Assembly (NCBI GenBank): GCA_937897575.1
Contig: CALCQG010000057.1
Coordinates: 1-34,532 of the forward strand
Direction: 5' to 3'
Source of the DNA: an uncultured Synergistales bacterium
GTDB taxonomy: Bacteria; Synergistota; Synergistia; Synergistales; Aminobacteriaceae
Length of the DNA: 34,532 nucleotides
The notes beneath the pieces are model-generated. The model was not told the origin of the DNA and did not search any database. It saw nothing but the letters and a program-made list of their open reading frames with translations. Numbering within the stretch: position 1 is the stretch's first letter; each line of letters starts with the position of its first letter. A program made the translations under genes and the position numbers. Shown here in pieces: positions 1-10,498 of the stretch.

Positions 1-1215
1 GTACTGCGCCGCCACACGGCCGAGGGAGGGACGGTTCGGTTTGAACCGTTCGCCCCCGTGGCCGAACAGGGCGATCAGAGAGCCCGAGCAGAGCGGGCGG
101 AGTGCGGAGAGGATGTTCTTCAGAGCGAAGGGCGTGTGGGCAAAGTCGATGATGGCGCAGACGCCGTTGGAGAAGAAGTATTTTTCGAGCCGGCCGGGCA
201 CCTGAATCATGGAGCCGAGGGCCTCCACGATGGCCCTACGCTCGTGCAGGACTCCGGACAGGAGGGCTGTGGCGCCGAGCATGTTGGACACGTTGAACGT
301 CCCCGTCAACGGCGTCGAGACGGCGTACCGCTCGCCCGTATCGGGGAAGAAAAAGGTCGCCGTTGTCCGCTCGAGCCCCACGTCGATCTCCTCCGCCCAC
401 ACCCCGGCTCCCCTGGGCTCTGAAAGGCCGAAGGGGCGCACGTTGCCGGAGAACTCGCCGACGATTCGCCTGCCGTAGGGGTCGTCCCAGTTCCCAGCGC
501 CCTGCCAGCCGTCCTTCATGTACGTCGTGAAAAGACGCCTCTTCGCGAGGTAGTACTCCTCGAGGGTGTGATGGAAATCGAGATGCTCCTCGCTCAGGTT
601 CGTGAAGACGGCGCCGTCGTAGGAGCACCCCTCCAATCGCCCGAGGCACAGGCCGTGGGACGAGGTCTCCATGACGCAGGCCGTGCACCCGTTGCGCACC
701 ATGTCCCCGAGAGCTCTCTGGATATCGCAGCTCTCGGGCGTCGTCCTGTCCGCATCCCGTTCCGAGAGGCCGTCATTGTAGACGATGGTCCCGAAGAGGC
801 CCGTCTTGATACCGAGCGACTGGAGCATGTGCCGGATGATCCACGTCGTGGTGCTCTTCCCGTTCGTCCCCGTGACGGCGAACATGGAGAGCTTCTTCGA
901 CGGGCAGCCGTACAGGAGCGATGCGATTCGTCCCATGTCCCGGCGCACGTCCATGGAGAGGAGCTGCGGGACATCCAGCGGGAGCAGTCGTTCCACCAGG
1001 AGCGCCGAGGCCCCCCGCTCCACGGCCTGTCCGGCATGGTCATGCCCATCGGCCTTCTCCCCCCGGATGCAGCAGAACAGGGCGTCCTGCTCCATCCGAC
1101 GGCTGTCGCACACCGCCTGCGCCACGTGCACCTCGCCGTGAGAGGCTCCATGCAGTACAAGATAGGGGGAAAACTGTTCGTTGTACTCCGTGAGGAGCTG
1201 CGACAGAATCGCCAT
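1..1215 (-). CDS. murE: UDP-N-acetylmuramoyl-tripeptide synthetase MurE (3' end outside window)
   Basis: Not in the ORF track because its stop is outside the window. Hand translation from ATG at 1213-1215 gives MAILSQLLTEY..., with Mur ligase motifs VTGTNGKSTT, TTPES, METSSHGL, FTNLSEEHLDFH, VPGRLE, IIDFAHTP. Lies directly downstream of ftsI. Confidence 0.92.
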   Translation of the reverse strand, partial: MAILSQLLTEYNEQFSPYLVLHGASHGEVHVAQAVCDSRRMEQDALFCCIRGEKADGHDHAGQAVERGASALLVERLLPLDVPQLLSMDVRRDMGRIASLLYGCPSKKLSMFAVTGTNGKSTTTWIIRHMLQSLGIKTGLFGTIVYNDGLSERDADRTTPESCDIQRALGDMVRNGCTACVMETSSHGLCLGRLEGCSYDGAVFTNLSEEHLDFHHTLEEYYLAKRRLFTTYMKDGWQGAGNWDDPYGRRIVGEFSGNVRPFGLSEPRGAGVWAEEIDVGLERTTATFFFPDTGERYAVSTPLTGTFNVSNMLGATALLSGVLHERRAIVEALGSMIQVPGRLEKYFFSNGVCAIIDFAHTPFALKNILSALRPLCSGSLIALFGHGGERFKPNRPSLGRVAAQY

Positions 1216-1219
1216 GGTA

Positions 1220-2896
1220 TCAACCAACCCTTTCTATCGCCGCAGTCAGGCCGATCTGCATCATGTCCTCCACAATGCGCCGAAAGACGGGGGCCGCCAC
1301 GACTCCGCCGTAGTACTTGCCCTTCGAGGGCTCGCCGATAACGACGAGCAGGACGTACTGCGCCTTCTCGACGGGCCAGAAGCCTCCGAAGGAGGCGACC
1401 CACTTCCCCTTCATATACTCACCGCGCTCGGCGACCTGGGCGGTCCCCGTCTTCGCCGCGAGTTCGATACCCGGGATATCCGCCGAGCGCCCCGTCCCCT
1501 TGCGAACGACATCCCGAAGGGACGACCGGAGCCATTGAGCCGTCTCCCGGGAGAGAACCTCCCGAAGCATATGCCGTCCTCCCGCATAGAGGACGTCGCC
1601 TCCTCCGTCCCGGACCTCCGATACGATGAAGGGGCGAAGGAGATCGCCTCCGTTCGCTATGGCCCCGATCGCCGACGCCAGGTGCAGAGGGGTCACCGCC
1701 AACCCCTGGCCAATGGCGATGTTCGAGGGGACGACGCCCCGCCACTGCTCGGGCGTCGCAAGGAGGCCGCTCTCCATCCCGTTGAGCTCGATCTCCACCG
1801 TTTTTCCGAATCCCCACTCCCGCAGGCCGCTGTACATATCGGCCGCCTTCACTCGCAGCCCGATCTGCGCCATGCCCGTGTTGGAGGATTTCACCAGAAT
1901 TTCGGGCACGCTGAGCTTTCCGTACCCTCTGTTCTCCGCCTCGGAGACGTGACCGTCGGCCACCTTGATACGGTAGGGGCAGTTGAACACCTCGTTCTTG
2001 CCAATGGATCCCCGTTCGAGGGCGACACCGAGGATCACGGGTTTGAAAGTGGAACCCGGCTCATAGGTCCGGCCGATGGAGTTGTTGACGATCTTTTTGA
2101 GGTTAGCAAGCTCTTTCCTGTCGTTGGGGTCGAAGGAGGGCCAGCTCGCCATGGCAAGGACGGCCCCGCTGTTCGGATCGAGACAGACGATACTGCCCCA
2201 CTTCGCTCCGTGCTCCGCGATGCCCTCGTTCAATCGCCGTTCCACGATGAACTGAATGCGCGAGTCGACGGTCAGGTTCACCGAGCCGATCCCACCGCCC
2301 GCGCTTTCGGAGAACGCCGTCACGTCCAGGGTCTTTCCCGAGGACTCCTTCGCCAGCACCCGGACACCCGGTGGGGAGTACAAGACCCTGTCCCATACCA
2401 ACTCGATCCCGGACAGCCCTTTGTCATCCACATCACAGAAACCGATGACATGGGCCAGAAGCGACTTGTTCGGATAGAGCCTCTTTTTCTCGTGGAGTTC
2501 GTAGATGCCCTTGAGACCGAGGGACCGTATCGCCTCGGCCGTCTTTTGGTCCGTCTTTCGCGCCAGCCAGGTGAATCGTCCCTTGAGCTGGGACGACACG
2601 GAGCGTACCGTATCCTGGGGAAGGATCCCCGCGAGCTTCTGGCCGTTGGCGGGATCCCAGAAGGCGGGGTCGATGAAGAAACTTGAGGCTGGAACGGAGA
2701 GAGCCAGGGCGTTGCCGTTCTTGTCGTAGATGACGCCCCGATTCGTGCTCACGGGGACGTGATTCCAGTATTGGCGCTGGGACTGCCGCTGCACTCTGGG
2801 GTCGGGGAGAAGCTGTAACGACGCGACTCGCCAAGCGAGCACGCCGAAACAGGCGAAAACAAGAATCCAGTGGAATCCCCCGAAGCGCTTGAACAT
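1220..2896 (-). CDS. ftsI: Class B penicillin-binding protein (FtsI/SpoVD family transpeptidase), 558 aa
   Basis: N-terminal TM segment; RGVIYDKNG and RLYP motifs; active-site motifs EPGSTFK (SxxK), KSSN (SxN), KTGT; dcw position between ftsL and murE. Confidence 0.9.
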   Translation of the reverse strand: MFKRFGGFHWILVFACFGVLAWRVASLQLLPDPRVQRQSQRQYWNHVPVSTNRGVIYDKNGNALALSVPASSFFIDPAFWDPANGQKLAGILPQDTVRSVSSQLKGRFTWLARKTDQKTAEAIRSLGLKGIYELHEKKRLYPNKSLLAHVIGFCDVDDKGLSGIELVWDRVLYSPPGVRVLAKESSGKTLDVTAFSESAGGGIGSVNLTVDSRIQFIVERRLNEGIAEHGAKWGSIVCLDPNSGAVLAMASWPSFDPNDRKELANLKKIVNNSIGRTYEPGSTFKPVILGVALERGSIGKNEVFNCPYRIKVADGHVSEAENRGYGKLSVPEILVKSSNTGMAQIGLRVKAADMYSGLREWGFGKTVEIELNGMESGLLATPEQWRGVVPSNIAIGQGLAVTPLHLASAIGAIANGGDLLRPFIVSEVRDGGGDVLYAGGRHMLREVLSRETAQWLRSSLRDVVRKGTGRSADIPGIELAAKTGTAQVAERGEYMKGKWVASFGGFWPVEKAQYVLLVVIGEPSKGKYYGGVVAAPVFRRIVEDMMQIGLTAAIERVG

Positions 2897-2930
2897 GCGA
2901 CCTTCCCCCTGTTATGGTCTCCCGCGCGGA

Positions 2931-3347
2931 TTAATTCCGTGCCGACGCTCTCTCGAGGAAGAAGTAGAACCACCCCTCCCTTCCTCCTTCGTCCGCACTG
3001 CCGGAAAGGGAGGAGTCAGGCGCCGAGGCAAGGAGCGCCCCGTCCACCCGCAGCACTTTGACGTCGGCGGCGTAGGTCATCCCGAGCTGATCCTTCGAAA
3101 AGGCGTACACCCGCCCGGGGGAGAGGACAGCGGACAGCTCCTGCCGCAGCGTGATCTCCTGGGCTCTGAAGGATTCTATCTGACTGTTGATGCCGTTCAA
3201 CCGGCACTCCAGCCGGAAACTGTACAACCTGAGGACCCCCAAGCCCATGAAGGCGATGAATCCGAGGATGACGCACAGGGCGGCGTAGGGCCACACCTTC
3301 CTGAAAGGAAGAGAAGAAAGGGCCTGGACATTCATCTGACTCTCCAT
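2931..3347 (-). CDS. ftsL: FtsL-like cell division protein (single TM plus coiled coil); start may be ATG at 3335
   Basis: One hydrophobic helix followed by a heptad-rich segment. Occupies the canonical slot between rsmH and ftsI, so the assignment is mainly syntenic. Confidence 0.6.
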   Translation of the reverse strand: MESQMNVQALSSLPFRKVWPYAALCVILGFIAFMGLGVLRLYSFRLECRLNGINSQIESFRAQEITLRQELSAVLSPGRVYAFSKDQLGMTYAADVKVLRVDGALLASAPDSSLSGSADEGGREGWFYFFLERASARN

Positions 3348-4261
3348 CTTCGCTCGTTGCCTCCTTCGCGGCTGCCGCCCACGGAAAAAATTCTCAATTT
3401 CGCGCTTCGCGCCTTATGGTTCCGCACTGTCTCCTCGTCCGACGGAGTTATCGGCCGTCTGGTCCGGACCGTCCCGAGCTCCGCTTGCTGCCACTCCCTG
3501 AAGAGATGCTTCACGATCCGGTCCTCCAGCGAGTGGTAGCTAACCGCCAGAATCGACCCTCCGTCGCGACAGAGGGCTTTCGCCCCCCTCAACCCGAGCG
3601 TCAGAGCCTCCAGTTCGTCGTTCACCGCAATCCGCAGCGCCTGGAAAACCCGCCTCGCCGGGTGCCCCCCCATCTTTCTCTGAACCGGGGCAGGGAGCGT
3701 CGAACGAATGATCTCCACCAGCGTGGAAGTCCTGTCGATCCGCCCACTCCTCTGTCTGAAGCGGACGATCCCTCGCGCGATGGGGCGCGAAAACCGCTCT
3801 TCGCCGTACTTCCAGAAGATATCGGCCAGATCTTTCTCGGAGCCCTCGTTGACAAGGTCTGCGGCGGTCAGCGGCGACGAGGCGTCCATTCTCATATCCA
3901 GCGGGCCGTCCTCCTGGAAGGAGAACCCCCGTTCACCGCTCGTCAGCTGAAGGTTCGACACGCCCAGATCGAAGAGTATCGCATCGAAAGGGGCTTCGTC
4001 TCCCACCAGGGCGTCCATGGCGGAAAAATTGCCGTGGACCGGATGAAACCGATCGCCGTAGCCCGACGCTCTCTCTGCGGCGATGGCGAGGGCTTCGGAG
4101 TCCTGATCGATCCCCCAGACCTGCGCACCGGGAAAGGTCTCGAGAATCGCCACCGTATATCCGCCAAGGCCGAGAGTACAGTCAAGAACTCGTTCCAAAC
4201 TATTTTCACGGTCCGAAAGAGCGCGAAGAATTTCATCGAGCAGGACGGGAACGTGTTCCAT
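3332..4261 (-). CDS. rsmH: 16S rRNA m4C1402 methyltransferase RsmH (MraW)
   Basis: Motifs HVPVLLDE, DCTLGLGGY, FDLGVS, RGFSFQEDGPLDMRMD, FQALRIAVNDEL, SYHSLEDRIVK, RSAKLR. The ATG overlaps the mraZ stop (TGATG). Confidence 0.96.
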   Translation of the reverse strand: MEHVPVLLDEILRALSDRENSLERVLDCTLGLGGYTVAILETFPGAQVWGIDQDSEALAIAAERASGYGDRFHPVHGNFSAMDALVGDEAPFDAILFDLGVSNLQLTSGERGFSFQEDGPLDMRMDASSPLTAADLVNEGSEKDLADIFWKYGEERFSRPIARGIVRFRQRSGRIDRTSTLVEIIRSTLPAPVQRKMGGHPARRVFQALRIAVNDELEALTLGLRGAKALCRDGGSILAVSYHSLEDRIVKHLFREWQQAELGTVRTRRPITPSDEETVRNHKARSAKLRIFSVGGSREGGNERRWRVR

Positions 4262-4686
4262 CAAAACCCGTCCACACCCTCGGCTATCTCTGGAAGCTCG
4301 TCAAGGATTTGATTCCTGTACTCATCCCACTTCGCCTTGTCCCATAGCTCCACATGGTCGTTCACGCCGACGAACACCACGTCCTGTTCAAGCATGCCGT
4401 GCTGACGCAACACCGACGGGACGAGGATCCGGCCGGCCGAATCGATCTGAAGCTCGTGGGCGCTCGAGAGCATCACGCGGAGAAAACCGCGCGCCTTTCC
4501 CTTGGAAAAGGGAAGCTCCTGGAGTTTGTCCAGGACCTTCTCCCACCCCGCAAGGGAGTATAATGAGATGCACTGGTCGATGCCGATGGTGGACACTACG
4601 GTCTCTCCAAGCTCGTCTCTGAACTTGGAAGGAAGCACGATTCTGGCTTTTGAATCGATCTTGTGCTCGTAGGTCCCAACCAGCAT
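4261..4686 (-). CDS. mraZ: Division/cell-wall cluster transcriptional regulator MraZ
   Basis: MLVGTYEHKIDSKARIVLPSKFR and IDSAGRILVP (two DxxxR-like SpoVT/AbrB repeats), ELWD; SD GGAGG before ATG at 4684-4686. Confidence 0.95.
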   Translation of the reverse strand: MLVGTYEHKIDSKARIVLPSKFRDELGETVVSTIGIDQCISLYSLAGWEKVLDKLQELPFSKGKARGFLRVMLSSAHELQIDSAGRILVPSVLRQHGMLEQDVVFVGVNDHVELWDKAKWDEYRNQILDELPEIAEGVDGF

Positions 4687-4695
4687 GGGATTTCC

Positions 4696-4739
4696 TCCCA
4701 CTTTCTAACATTATTTCCCACTTGCTCCCACACTACCAC
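4696..4739 (-). promoter_or_regulatory. Probable MraZ-binding repeats
   Basis: GTGGGA at 4696-4701, 4716-4721 and 4726-4731 (10/20-bp phasing) plus GTGGTA at 4734-4739, immediately upstream of mraZ. Resembles known GTGG/TGGG MraZ boxes. Confidence 0.6.
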
Positions 4740-4753
4740 CTTGCATAAAATAG

Positions 4754-4808
4754 AAATAGGTCTGCAGACTCATAAAAAAAGAACGAGAGTGAGTCTGCAG
4801 ACCTATTT
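4754..4808. repeat. Perfect 19-bp inverted repeat (possible rnpB terminator or insulator)
   Basis: AAATAGGTCTGCAGACTCA (4754-4772) and TGAGTCTGCAGACCTATTT (4790-4808), located just 3' of rnpB. Confidence 0.7.
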
Positions 4809-4825
4809 GTGTTCACCGAAAGAGC

Positions 4826-5162
4826 AAGGGAGTATCCTGTAAGCCGGGTTCTGTCAATGGATGGCCATTTATCTGAAAAACGCCTTACGACGTTCTTTAC
4901 GCGACCGTACCCGAGGGTCGGCGGGCAGCGTCATCCCCTCCTATTCGGTCTTGCTCCGGACGGGGTTTGCCTGGCATGGAGATCACTCTCCACCCGGTGG
5001 GCTCTTACCCCACCTTTTCACCCTTACCTGCAAGCAGGCGGTATGTTTCTGTGGCACTTTCCTTTGGCTCGCGCCAACTGGGCGTTACCCAGCGTCCTGC
5101 CCTGCGGAGCCCGGACTTTCCTCTCCTCCTGAGACGAAGAGCGGCCATCAAGGATACTCCCC
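4826..5162 (-). ncRNA. rnpB: RNase P RNA (bacterial type A)
   Basis: Conserved GAGGAAAGTCCGGGCTC near the 5' end and ACAGAACCCGGCTTA near the 3' end; P1 helix GGGAGTATCCT / AGGATACTCCC (4828-4838 pairs with 5151-5161). Confidence 0.96.
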
Positions 5163-5167
5163 GCGCG

Positions 5168-5176
5168 ATTATACCA
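5168..5176 (-). promoter_or_regulatory. Extended -10 promoter of rnpB
   Basis: TGGTATAAT (TGnTATAAT) about 6 nt upstream of the rnpB 5' end. Confidence 0.7.
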
Positions 5177-5200
5177 CGGCACCTTCTCTAGTGTCGCCGC

Positions 5201-5233
5201 AAAAAAATCTCCGGAGTGGAAACACTCCGGAGA
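5201..5233 (-). terminator. Rho-independent terminator of the V-ATPase operon
   Basis: 11-bp stem TCTCCGGAGTG/CACTCCGGAGA, 4-nt loop, then 7 T on the minus strand, 22 nt after the subunit D stop. Confidence 0.88.
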
Positions 5234-5255
5234 CTGAGACGAACTTCTGGTGAGG

Positions 5256-5879
5256 TCAGTGGGACCGGACGATCTCCTTGATCTTCATGAGCCGGCTGAG
5301 CGTGGAGCGCTCCTGTTCGTCCAGCTTCATGGTGATGTATCGGATCGTGTCGGCGAAATTCGGGATGAGCACGTACTCGAGGGCATTGACCCGTCGACGG
5401 GTCCGCTCGATCTCCACCGCCATGAGGTGTATTGCCTTCTCCTTGGCGGCCAGCGCGATCAGCTTCGGGATCAGCTTGGCAAAGCGCTCGAGGGCGACAT
5501 CCAGGCTGCCCAGAGACGAGGCAAGGCCGTAGTTGAGCGCCACGCCGTCCTGATGGGTCGTGTAGTCGGGGACCATGACGCTCATGACGTTATGCCGGCT
5601 GATCTCGATGTCGCACTTCGCCCCCGACACCATCAGCGCCTGCTCAAGCATGGCCGGCAGAGTCTGGGCCCGGGCGAGGAGAAAACTTCCGTAGCTCGCC
5701 TCCAGCTCCTTCTCCACTTCCTCCCGAATGGCCTTTCCCTCCCGGGCGCGCTCAAGAAAGGCCTTGATCAGGGCATCCTGCTTGTCCTTCAGCAGCTTGT
5801 GCCCCCGCCTCGCGGTGACGAGGCGCTTCTTCAGCCTTGAGAGCTCCATCCTGTTTGGATTGACGTTTAAGTGGGCCAT
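5256..5879 (-). CDS. atpD: V/A-type ATP synthase subunit D
   Basis: NVNPNRMEL...RGHKLLKDKQDAL and EIERTRRRVNALEYVLIP. Confidence 0.95.
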   Translation of the reverse strand: MAHLNVNPNRMELSRLKKRLVTARRGHKLLKDKQDALIKAFLERAREGKAIREEVEKELEASYGSFLLARAQTLPAMLEQALMVSGAKCDIEISRHNVMSVMVPDYTTHQDGVALNYGLASSLGSLDVALERFAKLIPKLIALAAKEKAIHLMAVEIERTRRRVNALEYVLIPNFADTIRYITMKLDEQERSTLSRLMKIKEIVRSH

Positions 5880-5891
5880 CGTACCGCTCCT

Positions 5892-7310
5892 TTACGCTCT
5901 GTGCGCGACGGGCTCTCTGTCCGCTTCCTTCGTAAGACGGGGTCTGAAATACTTTTCAATGTATGCGTCGCGAACCCGTTTGAGCTCCTTCTCCGGGATC
6001 ATGGTGAGCAGGTCCCATCCAAGCTCCAGGGTGTCCTGGAAGGTCCTGTTCTGGTACTCGCCCTGGCGGACGTACTGATCCTCGAAGGCCTCGGAGAATT
6101 TCGCGAAGGCCTTGTCCTCGTCGTTCAGGGCCCCGTCACCGAGGATGACCGCCAGCTCCTTCGCCTCCTTGCCCCGGGAGTACGCCGCAAAGAGCTGATT
6201 CATGAGGTCGGCGTGGTCCTCCCTCGTCTTGTCCTTGCCGATGCCCTTGTCCTTCAGTCGGGACAGGGAGGGCATGACGTCCACAGGAGGATAGATGCCC
6301 TTCCGGTGCAGCGCTCTGCTCAGGATGATCTGCCCCTCCGTGATGTACCCCGTCAGGTCGGGGATCGGGTGGGTCTTGTCATCCTCGGGCATGGTGAGGA
6401 TGGGGATCTGGGTGATGGACCCCTTCTTGCCCTTGAGGCGTCCCGCCCGCTCGTACATGGTGGCGAGGTCGGTGTAGAGGTACCCCGGATATCCGCGCCG
6501 CCCGGGGACCTCCTTTCTGGCCGCCGAGACCTCGCGCAGCGCCTCGCAGTAGTTCGTGAGGTCCGTGAGGATGACCACCACGTGCATGTCGTGCTCGAAG
6601 GCGAGATACTCCGCTGCGGTCAGGGCGAGGCGGGGCGTGGTAATCCGTTCGATTGCCGGGTCGTCGGCGAGGTTCACGAAGAGGACGGTCCGCTCGATGG
6701 CCCCCGTTTTTCTGAAGTCCTCCATGAAGAAGGAGGCCTCTTCGAAGGTGATCCCCATGGCCGCGAATACGACGGCGAAGTCCTCGTGTCCGCTGATCAC
6801 CGTCGCCTGACGGGCGATCTGCGCGGCCATCCGGTTGTGAGGCAAGCCGCTTCCCGAGAAGATGGGCAGCTTCTGGCCCCGCACCATGGGGTTCATGCCG
6901 TCGATGGTGGAGATGCCCGTCTGGATGAAGTCCGAGGGGTAGTCCCGGGAGAAGGGGTTCATGGGCATGCCGTTGACGTCGAGTTTCTTCTCCGCCAGGA
7001 TGGGCGCGCCGCCGTCGATGGGTTCGCCCCGGCCGTTGAACGTCCGGCCAAGCATGTCCCGGCTCACGGGCAGCGTGAGGACTTTGCCGAGGAAGAGGAG
7101 CTTCGTTTCCTTGGCGTCGATTCCGTCCGTCCCCTCGAACACCTGGACCAGCGCCCTGTCCGAACTGATCTCCAAGACCCTCCCCCTGCGCTTTTCGCCG
7201 CTGGGGAGTTCGATCTCCACAAGTTCGTCGTATCGGACGCTCTTCGTCCTCTCGACCACCAGAAGCGGGCCGGAGAGCTCGCTGATGGTCCTGTACTCCT
7301 TAGGCAGCAT
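5892..7310 (-). CDS. atpB: V/A-type ATP synthase subunit B
   Basis: [58 protein letters not shown] before ATG at 7308-7310. Confidence 0.96.
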   Translation of the reverse strand: MLPKEYRTISELSGPLLVVERTKSVRYDELVEIELPSGEKRRGRVLEISSDRALVQVFEGTDGIDAKETKLLFLGKVLTLPVSRDMLGRTFNGRGEPIDGGAPILAEKKLDVNGMPMNPFSRDYPSDFIQTGISTIDGMNPMVRGQKLPIFSGSGLPHNRMAAQIARQATVISGHEDFAVVFAAMGITFEEASFFMEDFRKTGAIERTVLFVNLADDPAIERITTPRLALTAAEYLAFEHDMHVVVILTDLTNYCEALREVSAARKEVPGRRGYPGYLYTDLATMYERAGRLKGKKGSITQIPILTMPEDDKTHPIPDLTGYITEGQIILSRALHRKGIYPPVDVMPSLSRLKDKGIGKDKTREDHADLMNQLFAAYSRGKEAKELAVILGDGALNDEDKAFAKFSEAFEDQYVRQGEYQNRTFQDTLELGWDLLTMIPEKELKRVRDAYIEKYFRPRLTKEADREPVAHRA

Positions 7311-9099
7311 CGCTTTCACCTCCGACGGGGGTCACTTCGTTGATCTCCCGCTTCATCTGCTCCTCGAACTCGTCTATCTTTCCGATGTTGTCCTCGTCCA
7401 GGTACCGCATGCGGGCCAGCTCAACCCGCACGTGGAGGTCGAACAGGGCTTTCAGAGGCGCTCCCTTGCGAAGGGCCTCCATGGCCAGGTGATGGAACTG
7501 GACGATACTCCGAAGCATCTTGAACTGCTTGTTCATGGAGGCGTAGGTGTCAACCTCGTGGAAGGCGTTCTGGTGCAGGAAGTCCTCCCGGATGGACTTG
7601 GTGGTCGCCAGGACCATCCGCTCCTCCTTGGAGAGGGCCTCCACGCCGACGAGGCGGACGACCTCCTGAAGGTTGGCTTCCTCCTCGAGAAGGCTCATGG
7701 CCTCTATCCGAAGGGCGCTCCATTCGTTGTCGAACTTTGTGTTCCAGTACTCGTCCAGCTTGTCCGCGTACAGCGAATAGCTCTGCAGCCAGTTGATCGC
7801 CGGGAAGTGACGCTGATACGCCAGGTTGGCGTCCAGGCCCCAGAAGACCTTGGTCACACGGAGCGTGTTCTGGCTCACCGGTTCGGAGATGTCGCCGCCC
7901 GGGGGGGACACGGCGCCGATGGCGGTAACGGATCCCTCGCGGCCCTCGGAACCCAGGACCACGGCCCTGCCCGCCCGCTCGTAGAACGAGGCGAGGCGCG
8001 TCCCAAGGTAGGCTGGATACCCCTCTTCGCCGGGCATCTCTTCAAGCCGGCCCGACATCTCGCGGAGCGCCTCCGCCCACCGGCTGGTAGAGTCCGCCAT
8101 GAGCGCCACGGAGTACCCCATGTCCCGATAGTATTCCGCCATGGCGATGCCCGTGTAGATGCTCGCCTCTCGGGCCGCCACGGGCATGTTCGACGTATTG
8201 GCGATCAAAACGGTGCGCTTCATCAGAGGCTGTCCGGAACGGGGGTCTTCGAGCTCGGGGAACTCCAGGAGCACGTCGGTCATCTCGTTGCCGCGCTCAC
8301 CGCAGCCGACGTAGACGACGATCTCCGCCTCCGCCCATTTCGCCAGCTGGTGCTGGATGACCGTCTTTCCGGAACCGAAGGGGCCGGGCACGCAGGCAGT
8401 GCCCCCCATGGCTATGGGGAAAAAGGCGTCCACGACACGTTGCCCGGTGGTGAGGGGCGTGACGGGCGGCAGACGTTTCGCGACGGGCCGGGGCTTCCGG
8501 ACGGGCCACCGCTGGAGCATGGTCACGTTGTGCCGAACACCGTCCTGTTCTAGAACGGCAACCGTCTCCTCCACGGTGAAGCTGCCGTCTCTGATCTCCG
8601 CCACCGTCCCCTCCATGCCCACGGGGACCATGATGCGATGCTCCACGAGGACGGACTCCTGCACAACGCCGAGGATGTCGCCGGGAACAACCCTATCCCC
8701 CGCTGCGACGCGGGGTGTGAAGTCCCACTTTTTGGTCCGGTCGATCGCCGGAACGTTGATCCCGCGGGAGATGAAGTGGCTGTCCGCCGCTCTTTCGATG
8801 AGGTTCAGCGGGCGCTGTATTCCGTCGTAAAACTGCTCGATGATGCCGGGCCCCAGCTCGACGCTGAGGGGTTCTCCGGTGCTCGTCACCGGTTCCCCCG
8901 GCATAAGCCCCGACGTCTCCTCATAGGTCTGTATGGAGACCGTGTCCCCTCTCAATTCGATGATCTCGCCCACGAGGCCCATGGTGCCGACCCGGACCAC
9001 GTCGTACATATTGGCGCCGTACATCCCTTTCGCTATAACCAGGGGGCCCGATATCTTCTCTATAGACCCCTGAATACCCTTCTTCGCTTCATTGGCCAC
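7300..9099 (-). CDS. atpA: V/A-type ATP synthase catalytic subunit A
   Basis: Walker [47 protein letters not shown] start with SD GGAGG. Confidence 0.96.
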   Translation of the reverse strand: MANEAKKGIQGSIEKISGPLVIAKGMYGANMYDVVRVGTMGLVGEIIELRGDTVSIQTYEETSGLMPGEPVTSTGEPLSVELGPGIIEQFYDGIQRPLNLIERAADSHFISRGINVPAIDRTKKWDFTPRVAAGDRVVPGDILGVVQESVLVEHRIMVPVGMEGTVAEIRDGSFTVEETVAVLEQDGVRHNVTMLQRWPVRKPRPVAKRLPPVTPLTTGQRVVDAFFPIAMGGTACVPGPFGSGKTVIQHQLAKWAEAEIVVYVGCGERGNEMTDVLLEFPELEDPRSGQPLMKRTVLIANTSNMPVAAREASIYTGIAMAEYYRDMGYSVALMADSTSRWAEALREMSGRLEEMPGEEGYPAYLGTRLASFYERAGRAVVLGSEGREGSVTAIGAVSPPGGDISEPVSQNTLRVTKVFWGLDANLAYQRHFPAINWLQSYSLYADKLDEYWNTKFDNEWSALRIEAMSLLEEEANLQEVVRLVGVEALSKEERMVLATTKSIREDFLHQNAFHEVDTYASMNKQFKMLRSIVQFHHLAMEALRKGAPLKALFDLHVRVELARMRYLDEDNIGKIDEFEEQMKREINEVTPVGGESDAA

Positions 9100-9137
9100 A
9101 GTCTATCGCCTCCAGACATCCCGGTAATCTCGTCATT

Positions 9138-9479
9138 TTATTTCTCCTGGAAGATATCCATTCCGACCGCTCGTTCGACGCTGCTCCTGATGGACTCCAA
9201 CCCGATGCCCATGCTGCCCCTGAGGCCGGGAACGGGGACGAAGCTCGTCTCGTGCTCCCGGTTCAGCTGGTTCACTTCGTCGGCCATCTCGGCATAATAA
9301 CTCTCCTGCACGAAGACGACGGCGTACTGCTCGCGGGCGAGCCTTTCCAGCGTCTCGCGAACGGCGGAGAGCCCCTCTCCCTTGATGATGAAGGGCCTCA
9401 CTCCCACCGCCTGAAAGGGCAGCACCGTCTCATATTCACCGACCGCTGCCATGCAATACTCTGTCGATTGTTTAGACAT
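9138..9479 (-). CDS. atpF: V/A-type ATP synthase subunit F
   Basis: AAVGEYETVLPFQAVGV and SVERAVGMDI; operon position between C and A. Confidence 0.9.
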   Translation of the reverse strand: MSKQSTEYCMAAVGEYETVLPFQAVGVRPFIIKGEGLSAVRETLERLAREQYAVVFVQESYYAEMADEVNQLNREHETSFVPVPGLRGSMGIGLESIRSSVERAVGMDIFQEK

Positions 9480-10482
9480 GACGGAGCAACCCCTTTGCCA
9501 TCGATCTGTCCGTATCGTTCGCGACGGAGACCATCGCTATCCGGAGGTTCTTCGCCTCCATCTCCTTCTTCCAGAGAAAGGAGAGGACGTATCCGGGTTC
9601 GAAGGCCCCGAACTTGCTCTCCTCGAGGACAGAGAAAATGTATTCGTCAAGCAGCCGCTCCATCCGGACAACGAGCGTCGAAAGATCGGAGGAGTCCTCC
9701 ACGTGGGAGAAAGCGTCTCCCACCTCGGAGAAGGAGAGGCTTCGCCCCCAGCTCTCCACCGGCTCGGGCAGCAGGGAGAGGAGTTTCTCCTTCGAGATGA
9801 GCCCTCCGGCGTGCAGGAACGAGCCCACGTCCGACGGATCTATGTCGAGGCGCTTCAGTCGAAGCAGGTTGCGGATGTTCTCCGCGTCAATTCTGCCCCG
9901 AACCCACTGCACCGCCGCCTCGATGTTCGTCTCCCGGGCAAGGTTCCCCATGGCCTCGAAGAGCGCTCTGTCGAGCGACTTTTCCATGACGAGAGCATCC
10001 TTCGTCTGCTCCCAGAGGGCCAGCGCCTCGGGGACAGCCCTGTGAAGGCCGAAGGGCAAGAGACGGTACTCCTCCGTCTCCATGGCCGTGATCAGAACAT
10101 CCCTGTCGATGTTGCCGAGAGGCGTCAGCAGATCGAAGCGCCTCTCTCCGCCCTCCTTCGCCAGGATCAAACTCTTCAGCAGGACCTTGACGTTGTGAAA
10201 GTCGTAGGGAAGCCGGCATATCTGAACAAGCCGGGCATCGGGCACGAACTTCTGAACCTCGTCGTACCCATGCACCAGTTCGTTCTCTATGACGCGGTCA
10301 AAGTCGAGGGTCCCCTTCTGCTCGCCGAGCCACTGAACGTAGGATGTTTCGCCGAGGACCTTCACCGCCGTCTCCAGATCGTCGCTCTCCAGAACGCGCT
10401 GTATGAGAGACTCTTCAAGCAGGCGTCCGGACATCGCCCGGAGGCGCGCAACCGAGTACCCGTACTGCTCTGCCGGAGGCAC
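9472..10482 (-). CDS. atpC: V/A-type ATP synthase subunit C (d)
   Basis: YGYSVARLRAM..LL, YDFHNVKVLLK, IDAENIRNLLR, KEMEAKNLRI; 336 aa; operon position. Confidence 0.9.
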   Translation of the reverse strand: MPPAEQYGYSVARLRAMSGRLLEESLIQRVLESDDLETAVKVLGETSYVQWLGEQKGTLDFDRVIENELVHGYDEVQKFVPDARLVQICRLPYDFHNVKVLLKSLILAKEGGERRFDLLTPLGNIDRDVLITAMETEEYRLLPFGLHRAVPEALALWEQTKDALVMEKSLDRALFEAMGNLARETNIEAAVQWVRGRIDAENIRNLLRLKRLDIDPSDVGSFLHAGGLISKEKLLSLLPEPVESWGRSLSFSEVGDAFSHVEDSSDLSTLVVRMERLLDEYIFSVLEESKFGAFEPGYVLSFLWKKEMEAKNLRIAMVSVANDTDRSMAKGLLRHV

Positions 10483-10498
10483 GAGACATCACCTCCCG

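Noticed and set aside
4809..5253. Short ORFs over 4.8-5.25 kb
   Set aside because: They overlap the RNase P RNA gene.
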